From: Candidatus Tenderia sp.
Lineage (GTDB): Bacteria; Pseudomonadota; Gammaproteobacteria; Tenderiales; Tenderiaceae
DNA: 64,000 nucleotides
Assembly (NCBI GenBank): GCA_031416075.1
Contig: JANOSY010000031.1
Coordinates: forward strand, 64,001-128,000
Reading direction: 5' to 3'
Each line of letters starts with the position of its first letter. Positions within the stretch are counted from its first letter, which is position 1. A program made the position numbers and the translations under genes. Below are positions 1 through 9,453 of this stretch, one piece after another. The notes beneath the pieces are model-generated. The model saw only the letters and a program-made list of their open reading frames with translations, searched no databases and was not told the DNA's origin.

Positions 1-723
1 CACACCCAGCTGCAAGCCGAGCAGCGTGATCACCGGCAGCAGCGCATTGCGCAGCGCGTGACGCCAGATTACCAACCGCTCACTCAACCCCTTGGCACGG
101 GCGGTACGGATGTAATCCTCATTCAACGTCTCCAGCACGGTGGCGCGCACCATGCGCGACAGGATCGACGACATCGCCGTGCCGAGGGTGATGGCAGGCA
201 GAATCAACGAGATCAGGCCATCGCGACCGCTCACCGGAAACCACCCCAGCCACAACGAAAAGACCAGGATCAAAATCGGCCCCATCAGAAAATTGGGCAC
301 CGATATACCCACCAGCGACAGCCCCATCGCCCCCTGATCCCAGGGTGTGTCCTTACGCACCGCCGCCAACACCCCCATCGGGAAGGCGATCAGCACCGCC
401 ACCAACAGCGATGCCAGCGCCAACTCCACCGTTGCCGGCATACGCTCCAGCAACATCTCGCTGATGGGGCGTTGTGAATAGAGTGAGTTGCCCAGATTGA
501 GATGCAGCAGATTGTTGTAATAGTTACCCATCTGCGTCAGCAGTGGCTGATCCAGCCCAAGTGCACGGCGCAGCGCCTCGCGGTCGGCAGGCTGCGCCGA
601 CTCCCCGAGCATCACCTCCACCGGATCGCCGGGCACCATATATAAGAATAGGAATACCAATGCCGAAACGCCCATCACAACGATGAGGGCGCTGGCAATA
701 CGGGAGAGGAGGAATTTCAACAT
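1..723 (-). CDS. Peptide/nickel ABC transporter permease (DppB/OppB family), 3' end outside window
   Basis: Manual translation from ATG at 723: MLKFLLSRIASALIVV...PGDPVEVMLGE...LGLDQPLL...EDYIRTARAKGLSERLVIWRHALRNALLP (EAA motif). Absent from ORF track because it runs off the window. Confidence 0.92.
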   Translation of the reverse strand, partial: MLKFLLSRIASALIVVMGVSALVFLFLYMVPGDPVEVMLGESAQPADREALRRALGLDQPLLTQMGNYYNNLLHLNLGNSLYSQRPISEMLLERMPATVELALASLLVAVLIAFPMGVLAAVRKDTPWDQGAMGLSLVGISVPNFLMGPILILVFSLWLGWFPVSGRDGLISLILPAITLGTAMSSILSRMVRATVLETLNEDYIRTARAKGLSERLVIWRHALRNALLPVITLLGLQLGV

Positions 724-729
724 TAATCT

Positions 730-1293
730 CTACTGTTCCGTCAACTTCTGGGCGATCTTATCCAAGTAGATACGAGGGTGATTTTTTAACCGAAAAATGG
801 GGATACTACCAGGATTTAAAGTGGGCTTTGGTAACTCGGGTCGCGATGTCTCACCTTTTCGCTCCTGCTTACGAGGTTTGAAGCTGATAACACCACAAAA
901 TTCTGGCTCGATTGCACAATGGCCATTAAGACTCAGCAGTTTTACCAGCCATTGCATAAAAGCATGGCTTCTTAAAATTTGTTTTTCAGCACCGTTTTCA
1001 CCTCCCGATTTCATTTCAATCATGATTATAATAGGTTTGCTATTGATATCCGCCACAACAATAGCATCACATACACTGTGCATTCCCTTAAGCGGGGTAT
1101 CGTTACGCATGAACGGAAAAGCATTCGGTCCCAACTGATCTAACGAAAATACCAGAGATTTTCCTCCCTGTATCTCAATCAAGGTATGTGTAGCACCTTT
1201 ACCAGACTCTCTCAGTTGCCAGCGCCCGTCTGACCGAGGAAGTTTCCAATTATTGGTGATTAGATTATCAAAGCATGCCACAAAGTTGCTCAC
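730..1293 (-). CDS. Hypothetical protein with PD-(D/E)XK-like nuclease motif
   Basis: 187 aa; CDAIVV...IMIEMKSG...AEKQI motif; GTG start overlaps the upstream TGA (GTGA at 1290-1293); AT-rich. Confidence 0.6.
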   Translation of the reverse strand: MSNFVACFDNLITNNWKLPRSDGRWQLRESGKGATHTLIEIQGGKSLVFSLDQLGPNAFPFMRNDTPLKGMHSVCDAIVVADINSKPIIIMIEMKSGGENGAEKQILRSHAFMQWLVKLLSLNGHCAIEPEFCGVISFKPRKQERKGETSRPELPKPTLNPGSIPIFRLKNHPRIYLDKIAQKLTEQ

Positions 1294-2711
1294 TGAGAAC
1301 TCTCCTCAGAATCAGATTCTCCGCGATATGAATAATAAATTTCATCACTGGTCTCATTAAGGTCATGGATCACCTTGTCGAATGTTTCAGCCTGGATGCC
1401 CTCTTCTTTAGTTATTTTCATGGAAGATATTTTCCGATCATCAAAAAGATAAGCTGCCACTTTATCTGGCTGGAGCACCTCAGTTTCTTGATAATCGAAG
1501 CGTTTCATCAACTTGTCTCTGTTCCTATTTGGTTGTGACAACATAATCAATGAATTAATTTCTCTGACCAAATAATCACTGTGCGTACTCACCACTACAC
1601 GTAAACCACTGTTTACTAACTTGGCGAGTAATCTTGCCAGCTTGCGCTGATTTCCTGGGTGGAGATTAAGTTCCGGCTCATCAATCATAAGCACATCACC
1701 TGACTTAGCCTGATGCTCTAGATAAAACCACAAACCAAACAAACTTTTAACGGTGGAGGAAGACAGATGCAAGTCCAATCTTTGAGGATCGCCACCTTTC
1801 AGTTTTTTTGGGGTAAAATAAATATTTCCGTCAGCATCGACCTCGTATTTTCCGCAGACAACTTTTTTGACCTCTTCAGCCAAAGCATGAAATTGACCAC
1901 CTTTTCTTTTTCTTGTATCAGGGATCTCATTCAGCCAATCAATATAGTGAGCAATAGGCTCTGCATATCGAGAACCCCATACATCACGAATAAGTGCACT
2001 TATCTCAAACTCTTTGTCTTTTTTGGTGGCATGATGTAGCAAAGCAGTGCGTCTATTAGCCAATTCTTTATAAAAAAGATGCAACCCATTCCTCTCAGCA
2101 GGCATCAAAAATACGCTTCGACGCGAAGTCACACCAATCAAATGACTGACAACTGCATCACATAATATAAATTCAATATCAGGGAATCTTTGGGCACGGA
2201 GTGTTATTTGAACAGTTCTATCATTTGGCTGCTTTACTAATCTCAATACCTCGTTTTTTTCCAAACCAAGAACCAAACTAAAGTCCATTTTCCGTTCGAT
2301 AGCTGACGAGACAAGATGTTCCTCTTCAATTAGCCAGTCAAAATGGCTGTGAGAAAAAAGAGTTTTCGGAGCATTAAATATCCTTGGGAGACGATGTTTT
2401 GTCGCATTATGTATAGATTCAAGTATTTTCTTCGAATATTGTTTCAGCCAAGCCTCCATGTCCCACGACACTTGCCCCTCCTTCATTAAATCCTCAATGA
2501 GTGATTCGGTCTCTGGCAGATGCCCAAGAGGAGTCGATGAAAGGAAGCCATACAGAGCATACATAACCCATGTTTTGCCAGTATTATTCGGGCCACAAAC
2601 AATCGTCAAAGGCTTGAAATCGATATTTTGCCCACTCTCAAGGCATCCAAGACGTGAAGCGCTAAATTTCCAGCTTTGAAGATTAAATATTGCTTGTTCA
2701 TCTGTACTCAT
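1290..2711 (-). CDS. ABC-type ATPase (AAA_15/AAA_21-like), candidate defence sensor
   Basis: Walker A GPNNTGKT, PAER motif, SSSTVKSL signature, Walker B LMIDEPELNLHP, H-loop STHSDY; no TM domains; ATG at 2711 preferred over ORF-track start 2729. Confidence 0.85.
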   Translation of the reverse strand: MSTDEQAIFNLQSWKFSASRLGCLESGQNIDFKPLTIVCGPNNTGKTWVMYALYGFLSSTPLGHLPETESLIEDLMKEGQVSWDMEAWLKQYSKKILESIHNATKHRLPRIFNAPKTLFSHSHFDWLIEEEHLVSSAIERKMDFSLVLGLEKNEVLRLVKQPNDRTVQITLRAQRFPDIEFILCDAVVSHLIGVTSRRSVFLMPAERNGLHLFYKELANRRTALLHHATKKDKEFEISALIRDVWGSRYAEPIAHYIDWLNEIPDTRKRKGGQFHALAEEVKKVVCGKYEVDADGNIYFTPKKLKGGDPQRLDLHLSSSTVKSLFGLWFYLEHQAKSGDVLMIDEPELNLHPGNQRKLARLLAKLVNSGLRVVVSTHSDYLVREINSLIMLSQPNRNRDKLMKRFDYQETEVLQPDKVAAYLFDDRKISSMKITKEEGIQAETFDKVIHDLNETSDEIYYSYRGESDSEESSQ

Positions 2712-2778
2712 AACAAGTTCTCCAATCAATAATTTTTAATTCTATGCCATAACATACAATTCAATTCATATGAATTAA

Positions 2779-3276
2779 TTACTCATGAATCAGTACCCGT
2801 GTACCGGCCGGTACACGATCAAACAGCTCGATCAATTCACTATTGCGCATGCGAATACAGCCGTGCGAACCGGGACGGCCCATCTCCACGCTATCGGGTG
2901 TGCCGTGAATATAGATGTAACGGCGCATGGTATCAACGTTGCCAAGACGATTACAGCCCGGCTCCAGACCACTGAGCCAGAGGATGCGGGTGAGTATCCA
3001 GTCACGCTTGGGATGCTGTTGATGCAGCTCTGGAGTGTAGGTCTCGCCGGTAGGGCGACGGCCAACAAAGATCGTATTCACCTCACAACCACCACCAATC
3101 CTGGCACGGATCTGGTGCCAACCGCGTGGGGTGCACTGGCTGTTGGCCACTTCGCCAGGACCATTTTTGGCGCTGGAGATCAATACGTCCATCAATAGCC
3201 CACCACCACACAACAGCTGCAACCGTTGCGTGGTGAGGTTGATATCAATCAGATATTGATCAGTGGCGTGTGACAT
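2779..3276 (-). CDS. L,D-transpeptidase (YkuD family)
   Basis: YIYIHGT...GSHGCIRM catalytic motif; TPRG motif. Confidence 0.9.
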   Translation of the reverse strand: MSHATDQYLIDINLTTQRLQLLCGGGLLMDVLISSAKNGPGEVANSQCTPRGWHQIRARIGGGCEVNTIFVGRRPTGETYTPELHQQHPKRDWILTRILWLSGLEPGCNRLGNVDTMRRYIYIHGTPDSVEMGRPGSHGCIRMRNSELIELFDRVPAGTRVLIHE

Positions 3277-4756
3277 GCATCAATCCATCGTAGTTGCCAT
3301 CGCGGGCAACCGTATAGCCGCTGATATTTTTGCGGGCGGCAAAGATGTGATCTTCGTACCACAACGGCACGTAAGGGAGCTGTTCTAACAGACGCGCCTG
3401 AACTTTTTTGTACTCTTCAGCCTGCTGTTCCAGCGTTGGTGCCGCTTCGGCCGCTTCAATTAAAGCATCGGTGATGCTGTCGCTGTAGCGGCCACGATTA
3501 CTCCCCTCCGGCGGCACAGCACTGCTGTGAAAGGCGTAACGGAAGATGTCAGGGGTCTTAATGCCAACCCAGCTGAGGCTGAACATCTGGAAGCGCCCTG
3601 CTTTGATGTCACCATAAAAGGTACCCCAGTCATAACTGCGCAGATCAACATCAATTCCTATGTCGGTGAGCTGTTGTTGAATGATGGTGGCGAGGCGAAT
3701 GCGGAACGGATCGCTGGAGGTTTTGTAGACCAGATGGGGACGTTTGTCTTGTGTATAGCCTGCCTCTTTTAACAACAGGCGGGCACGCGCTGGATCGTAG
3801 CCATAGAGCGGCAGTTTGATGCCCGCCCAGTGGTCGGGCGGTAACAGTGCGCTGGCAGGCGTGGCGGCGCCGCCCATCACGTAACGGATAATGGCGTCGC
3901 GGTCGAGTGCATGGGCTATGGCCTGACGCAGCTTTAAATTATCCGTCTCTGCATCTTCAAGATTGAACCCTAGATAGGTGAAGTTGGAACCGCGCCCCTT
4001 GATCACCTGAATGACATCCTGTTTTTCCAGATAGGTGACCATCTCTGACGGGATGTCATTCTGCAACATGTCGATCTCACCACGCATTAGCTTGAGCACT
4101 CGCACGGTGGGGTTCTCCACCGCGATAAAACTGAAGCGCTGACTATCGGCTAGACGTTTGAGGTGCAGCGTGCCCTCCTCTGGCCAAGCGTCAAAGGCAA
4201 ATGGACCGCTGCCCAACGGCTGTTGGTTGAAGGGGTGTTTTGCATTAAGCGCGGCAGCGGGCATGATGCCAATCACCAGGCGGCCGGGGAAGAGCAGGTC
4301 CGGTTTGTTAAGCATGAAATCGACCGTGTTGTTATCCACCACCTGAATGGTGTCGACCATGTCGAATCCGGCACGGTGAGGTGAGTTGATGGCGGGGTCA
4401 AGAATGGAGTCGTAAGTGGCTTTGATGTCCGCCGCTGTCAGCGGGCTGCCATCGTGAAACGTGGCGCTGTCGCGCAGCTGGAAACGGTAGTGGCGCGGCG
4501 AAATCTGCTGCCACTGCGCCAGTGCCGGGATGACACGATAGCGCTCATCAAAATCGATCAAACTCTGATAGATCAGCCGGTTGATACGCGACGAAACGGC
4601 ATCGGTGGCAAAACGTGGATCAAGGGTGATGGGCGCTTTTGCGAGGCCAAAACGCAACGCGCCATCCGGCGCCTTGCTGCATGCGGTGATACCCAACAGC
4701 GCCAGCAGCAGCGCCAGAATTGTGAAGCGCGAAAGTTTCAGAGCGAATCCTTCCAC
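3260..4756 (-). CDS. Peptide ABC transporter substrate-binding lipoprotein (SBP family 5)
   Basis: Lipobox ITAC; TLDP, FHDGSPLTAADI, GSGPF, LRQAIAHALDRDAII motifs. Confidence 0.9.
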   Translation of the reverse strand: MEGFALKLSRFTILALLLALLGITACSKAPDGALRFGLAKAPITLDPRFATDAVSSRINRLIYQSLIDFDERYRVIPALAQWQQISPRHYRFQLRDSATFHDGSPLTAADIKATYDSILDPAINSPHRAGFDMVDTIQVVDNNTVDFMLNKPDLLFPGRLVIGIMPAAALNAKHPFNQQPLGSGPFAFDAWPEEGTLHLKRLADSQRFSFIAVENPTVRVLKLMRGEIDMLQNDIPSEMVTYLEKQDVIQVIKGRGSNFTYLGFNLEDAETDNLKLRQAIAHALDRDAIIRYVMGGAATPASALLPPDHWAGIKLPLYGYDPARARLLLKEAGYTQDKRPHLVYKTSSDPFRIRLATIIQQQLTDIGIDVDLRSYDWGTFYGDIKAGRFQMFSLSWVGIKTPDIFRYAFHSSAVPPEGSNRGRYSDSITDALIEAAEAAPTLEQQAEEYKKVQARLLEQLPYVPLWYEDHIFAARKNISGYTVARDGNYDGLMHVTRH

Positions 4757-5220
4757 TCTTTGTAGGGGTGCTGCGCCAGACAGACGTTGTAGTAACGTTC
4801 ATCATCCGACACCTCTTTTCCTGCCCACTGCGGCAGTTCAAACGGCTCGTCTTCGGCGAAGAGTTCAATCTCCGCCACAATCAGACCGGCGTTATCCCCC
4901 TCAAAGACATCAATCTCCCAGGTATGATTACCGTAATCAACCAGATGGCGGCGCTTCTCGATCACTGGCCCAACGCAGAGACTATCAAGCATCTCGCGAC
5001 CATCCTGGAGTGGAATCTCATACTCATACTCCTGGCGGGTCACCCCCAGCGTCATGCTCTTGATGTTGAGATTGGCATGGCCATCGGCAATACGCACCCG
5101 CACTGAGGCGTTACCCGTCATGGCGGCCAGATAGCCCTGGCGGTAGTCACCACTCTTTTTCACGGCGGCGCGCCAGCTATCGTTGGTCACCAAAAATTTA
5201 CGTTCGATCTCTACAGCCAT
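4738..5220 (-). CDS. CYTH domain protein (triphosphate tunnel metalloenzyme)
   Basis: N-terminal EIERKFLV; RQGYL; WEIDVF; AEIEL. Confidence 0.9.
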   Translation of the reverse strand: MAVEIERKFLVTNDSWRAAVKKSGDYRQGYLAAMTGNASVRVRIADGHANLNIKSMTLGVTRQEYEYEIPLQDGREMLDSLCVGPVIEKRRHLVDYGNHTWEIDVFEGDNAGLIVAEIELFAEDEPFELPQWAGKEVSDDERYYNVCLAQHPYKEWKDSL

Positions 5221-5306
5221 TGTTATATGTCGCTTATCTTTTAGCCGGTAAATTGAATGGGTGTAATATTACCCGATTTAAACACTAATCACTGCAAGGA
5301 GTTGCA

Positions 5307-6305
5307 ATGAAAGCGATATTAATGACCGGACCCGGAACACCTGACGTATTAAGACTGAGAGAGGTGGCAATTCCAGAGATCACTCATCGCAACGATATTC
5401 TGGTCCAGCTTAAGGCTGCGGGTGTCAACCCTGTTGATACCAAATTACGCAGCCGTGGCACTTATCACCCCGACCGTCTGCCCACCATTCTTGGCTGTGA
5501 TGGTGCCGGCATTGTTGAGGCCATTGGCCGGGATGTATCCCGGTTCAAGGTGGGTGATGAGGTCTATTTCTGTAATGGCGGTATCGGTGGCCATCCGGGC
5601 AACTATGCGGAATATGCCGTCGTTAACGAACACTTTGCTGCCGCCAAACCACACTCAATCAGCTTTGCCGAAGCGGCCGCCGCGCCGTTGGTGCTTATCA
5701 CCGCCTGGGAGAGTCTGTTTAACGCCTGTGAACTGGAAGAGGAAGACAGTGTGCTGATTCACGCCGGGGCGGGCGGCGTCGGCCATGTTGCCATTCAATT
5801 GGCCAAAGCCGCCGGTGGTTTTGTCTGTACCACCGTCAGCAACACGGACAAAGCAGCGTTTGTCTCTGACCTGGGCGCTGACAAGGTCATTCAGTATCGG
5901 GATGAGGATTTTGTTAAGGCCATACACTCATGGACCGGCGGTGAAGGGGTTGATCTTGCACTGGATAGCATTGGTGGTGAGACACTCAACCGCACCTTCG
6001 AAGCCGTCCGCTTTTATGGCGACATCGTTACCTTGCTGCAACCTGATACCAACATCCGTTGGCATATCCCGCGCCTGCGTAACCAGCGCCTGGCCTTTGA
6101 GTTGATGTTGACACCGATGCAGCACGGCCTGTTTGAGATGCAGAAACACCACGGCAAAATACTCACCGAAAGTGCCAACCTGTTTGACGCAAAAAAATTA
6201 AAAATTCATGTTAGCCATACCCTGCCACTGGCTGACGCTGCAGAGGCCCATCGCCTGATTGAAAAGGGGAAAACAACCGGTAAAGTAGTATTAATAATGG
6301 ATTAA
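5307..6305 (+). CDS. MDR-family NADPH:quinone oxidoreductase-like protein
   Basis: AAGVNPVD, LGCDGAG, HAGAGGVGH Rossmann motif, GKTTGKVVL. Confidence 0.88.
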   Translation: MKAILMTGPGTPDVLRLREVAIPEITHRNDILVQLKAAGVNPVDTKLRSRGTYHPDRLPTILGCDGAGIVEAIGRDVSRFKVGDEVYFCNGGIGGHPGNYAEYAVVNEHFAAAKPHSISFAEAAAAPLVLITAWESLFNACELEEEDSVLIHAGAGGVGHVAIQLAKAAGGFVCTTVSNTDKAAFVSDLGADKVIQYRDEDFVKAIHSWTGGEGVDLALDSIGGETLNRTFEAVRFYGDIVTLLQPDTNIRWHIPRLRNQRLAFELMLTPMQHGLFEMQKHHGKILTESANLFDAKKLKIHVSHTLPLADAAEAHRLIEKGKTTGKVVLIMD

Positions 6306-6512
6306 AAACTATTCAAAAAGACTAAATACCCCATATAAATCAATATATTACACTTAATAATTAGATAACAAATAGTCTATTTTCATGTGCTTAGCAGAGT
6401 TTCCTAGACATGAAATATCGAGCTATGGTATCTAAACAGTCCAGCAGAAAAACAATAGCTGTGAAACACAATAACAACACTGTAATAACCAATAAAAAAG
6501 GGGAATAAACAG

Positions 6513-7766
6513 ATGAATAAGTCTGCAATAGGGATGTTGATATTTGGCTCAGCTTTATCTGTTGGCACATATGCTGACAGTGACATAGGAGAAGGACATG
6601 TGCACGCCGGAGCCTCAACAGAATTAGATCACCACACCATGCACGATCTGCTCTCTGATAAAACCTGGGAGTTTTACGGAATGCTTTATGCCTCATTGCA
6701 AAGCAGCGATGCGGGCAATGCACTCGACCACGGCGGCAACAGCTCCCAGACCAACCTCTGGCTCTCTACCGGGGAGACAACCCTGGGGTTTAAAGGGTCA
6801 GTACCTCTGGATAACGGCCTTCAGGCCATCTGGCAGATCGAGTCCACTATTAATCTCGATGAGTTTGGCGAGGCCGCAGGCCATGCCCACGGTGATCAAC
6901 CCGCAGGCTACAACAGCAGCAAGCTGGCCGGTGGCCACAACAGCTTCATCGGTTTAAGCGGTAACTGGGGCATACTGCTGGCGGGTAAACATAACACGCC
7001 ATTTTTTGACGCCACCATTCAATTCGACCTCTTCCACCACATACCCGGTGACGTACGTGCCATGTTAGGCCGACTGCCTAACGTGGAGAGTGGTTCTGGC
7101 GACCACCATGGCGGCACATTTAACGTCTCGGCATCAGATACCATCATGTACAAATCGCCAAAACTGGCCAGTGGCCTTTCGTTTGAGGGGGCAATTTTTG
7201 CCCTGAACGAAACATTGGTGGATGACAATCAAGCTGACCCTTCCGCCTTTGGTTTGGGTGCCCGTTGGCAGCAGAAGACATTTGCACTGGTGGCTGCCTA
7301 CGAACAGCACAAAAACTACGACTCGTATAACCACGATGGACGTGGTGCCACGCCATCACTCCCGATTGATAAAACAACGGGGCTTATTGTGGGTGGCATG
7401 ATGCACTTCAACGATAACAATACGATGGTCGGGGCGTTTTTTGAGCAGCTGGATACAAGCTCATCATCACCCTCCGTTCCTAACCTGAGTCGTGATGGTT
7501 ATTACGTCAATCTTCAACAACGTTTCATGGGCAAAAACAAGCTCAAACTGGCCTTGTCTGAAGCCGACGCCTTTCAGATAAGGGATGGCGCACAGATGGT
7601 GGCTATAGCGCTGGCCAGAGAGCTGGGAGCATCAACTGAGATATATGCCACTTATGCCAAAACCAATAATAAGCAGTTTGCCAGTTACAACAATGGCACC
7701 GCTGGTCCTTTAGGAAAAGGTGGCGATCCACAGACACTTGCAATTGGCATTGTGCATAAGTTCTAA
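6513..7766 (+). CDS. Gram-negative porin with His-rich segments
   Basis: Signal peptide; LGFKGS..LDNGLQAIWQIES; SFIGLSGNWG..LAG; C-terminal GIVHKF. Confidence 0.85.
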   Translation: MNKSAIGMLIFGSALSVGTYADSDIGEGHVHAGASTELDHHTMHDLLSDKTWEFYGMLYASLQSSDAGNALDHGGNSSQTNLWLSTGETTLGFKGSVPLDNGLQAIWQIESTINLDEFGEAAGHAHGDQPAGYNSSKLAGGHNSFIGLSGNWGILLAGKHNTPFFDATIQFDLFHHIPGDVRAMLGRLPNVESGSGDHHGGTFNVSASDTIMYKSPKLASGLSFEGAIFALNETLVDDNQADPSAFGLGARWQQKTFALVAAYEQHKNYDSYNHDGRGATPSLPIDKTTGLIVGGMMHFNDNNTMVGAFFEQLDTSSSSPSVPNLSRDGYYVNLQQRFMGKNKLKLALSEADAFQIRDGAQMVAIALARELGASTEIYATYAKTNNKQFASYNNGTAGPLGKGGDPQTLAIGIVHKF

Positions 7767-7806
7767 GCCGTACAGTCACCATTAACATTTTGTACTAAAA
7801 GCGGGC

Positions 7807-7843
7807 ACAAGGCCGACCAGCACCCTATGCTGGTCGGCCTTGT
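7807..7843. terminator. Hairpin between convergent porin and truD
   Basis: ACAAGGCCGACCAGCA / TGCTGGTCGGCCTTGT, perfect 16-bp stem with 5-nt loop. Confidence 0.75.
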
Positions 7844-7872
7844 CATTTTATACCTTCCCCCTCTTTCACCCA

Positions 7873-8895
7873 CTACCGCTCACTATATATAAGCAGCTCA
7901 CGCAAGACGGAGGTGGCATAACTGCCCGCGGGCAGAAAAAAACTCATGTTTAATGATTCATCACTCATATGCCACTGCAGCTCTCGCACGGGCAGACGCA
8001 GGGCACGGCGCTCCTGCTTCATATCAACCGCCTCAAGCCCTTTGCAAAAAAGAGGAAACAGCTCCGCCAGCGGCTGCTCCAATGCCATCACCTCACCACT
8101 ACTGGATAACGCCCCCTTGCCCCACAGAGGTCCCGTTGGGTGAATATCCTGCTGCTGCAGGCGATCTCGAACCTCTTGATCAATCTCCTCTGCAAAAAAA
8201 ACAGAGTGGCTGCCATCAAGCATCATCATCTCACCGGGTAGACCACTGTTCCAGTTACCTGCAGCCACACGTTGTGACAACAGGTAATTAAAAACAGCAG
8301 AACGGGCCGATGAGAGGTACATGCTGCGTTTGTTGCGGTCACGCACCTTGATGCGCCCTTCGAACATGGCGCTGACACGCTCAAGGTTGTCGTGACCAAA
8401 ACGCTGTTCACCAAAGTAGTTGGGGACACCTTGAGTGGCGATCTGCTGCAAGCGTGGTTCGAGGGTAGCGATGTCGCCTTGCAACTCCCGTATCACCAGT
8501 GTGAAGCGGTTGCCTTGCAGTGCACCGCGCCGCAGTTTGCGGTTGTGACGTGTGACTGTAAGCACCTCGATCTCGTCGCTGTTGAGTTTGGTCCAGTCCG
8601 GCTCGGGTTTGCTGGAGAGGTAGAGACTGAACCATTGGGTAGTAACGGCATGGCGATCTTTCAAACCGGCATAACTGACATCCATCAGTTTGATGCCCGC
8701 CAGTTTGGCCAGCTGTTCGGCGACAAAGGCAGTATTGCTGTTGCGTTTGCGGATCAACAGGCAGGCGTGTTCACCTTCGCCACTCGGTTCAAAACCAAGC
8801 AGTTCGTCGACTTGAAAATCTTCAGGTGTGGCGCGTATTTTGCCGCTGACAGCGGGATGGGAAAAGGCGTAGCTGAGTGTATCGATCGTTGGCAT
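7873..8895 (-). CDS. truD: tRNA pseudouridine(13) synthase
   Basis: PEDFQVDE, GEGEH, YAGLKDRHAVTTQW, PNYFGEQRFG, LPAGSYAT; ATG 8895 preferred as start. Confidence 0.96.
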   Translation of the reverse strand: MPTIDTLSYAFSHPAVSGKIRATPEDFQVDELLGFEPSGEGEHACLLIRKRNSNTAFVAEQLAKLAGIKLMDVSYAGLKDRHAVTTQWFSLYLSSKPEPDWTKLNSDEIEVLTVTRHNRKLRRGALQGNRFTLVIRELQGDIATLEPRLQQIATQGVPNYFGEQRFGHDNLERVSAMFEGRIKVRDRNKRSMYLSSARSAVFNYLLSQRVAAGNWNSGLPGEMMMLDGSHSVFFAEEIDQEVRDRLQQQDIHPTGPLWGKGALSSSGEVMALEQPLAELFPLFCKGLEAVDMKQERRALRLPVRELQWHMSDESLNMSFFLPAGSYATSVLRELLIYSER

Positions 8896-8973
8896 TAATT
8901 GGGGCCTGTTGTGTGTGCAAAGGTCTACTGACACTATAAAAATCCATTCTCCCCCGACATTGAAACTACAGTG

Positions 8974-9453
8974 CTAATCATCGGCCTCTTTTAGCAGCAC
9001 TACTGCATAGGTTGCAATTCCCTCTTTGCGTCCGGCAAATCCCATACCTTCCGTTGTGGTTGCCTTGATGTTGAGCCGTGTTTCGTTGATCTCCAGATCG
9101 GCGGCAAGCACGGCTATCATCTGCGGGATATGGGGTTTCATCTTGGGTGTTTGGGCAACGATGGTGATGTCGGCATTGCCGATGCTGAAACCACCCGCTT
9201 TAAGCTTAACCATCACCTCACGCAGCAGGATACGGCTATCGATATCTTTGTAACTGGCACTGGTATCGGGAAAGAGTCCGCCAATATCCCCCATGCCGGC
9301 GGCACCCAGCAGTGCGTCGATCAGGGCGTGAATCACCACATCACCATCGGAATGGGCCAACATCCCCTGCTCATGGGGGATATTCACCCCGCCCAGTATC
9401 AACTTTCTGTTGACGGCAAAGCGGTGGGCATCATAACCGTGTCCTATACGCAT
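8974..9453 (-). CDS. ispF: 2-C-methyl-D-erythritol 2,4-cyclodiphosphate synthase
   Basis: MRIGHGYDAH, HSDGDV, KATTTEGMGF. Confidence 0.97.
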   Translation of the reverse strand: MRIGHGYDAHRFAVNRKLILGGVNIPHEQGMLAHSDGDVVIHALIDALLGAAGMGDIGGLFPDTSASYKDIDSRILLREVMVKLKAGGFSIGNADITIVAQTPKMKPHIPQMIAVLAADLEINETRLNIKATTTEGMGFAGRKEGIATYAVVLLKEADD

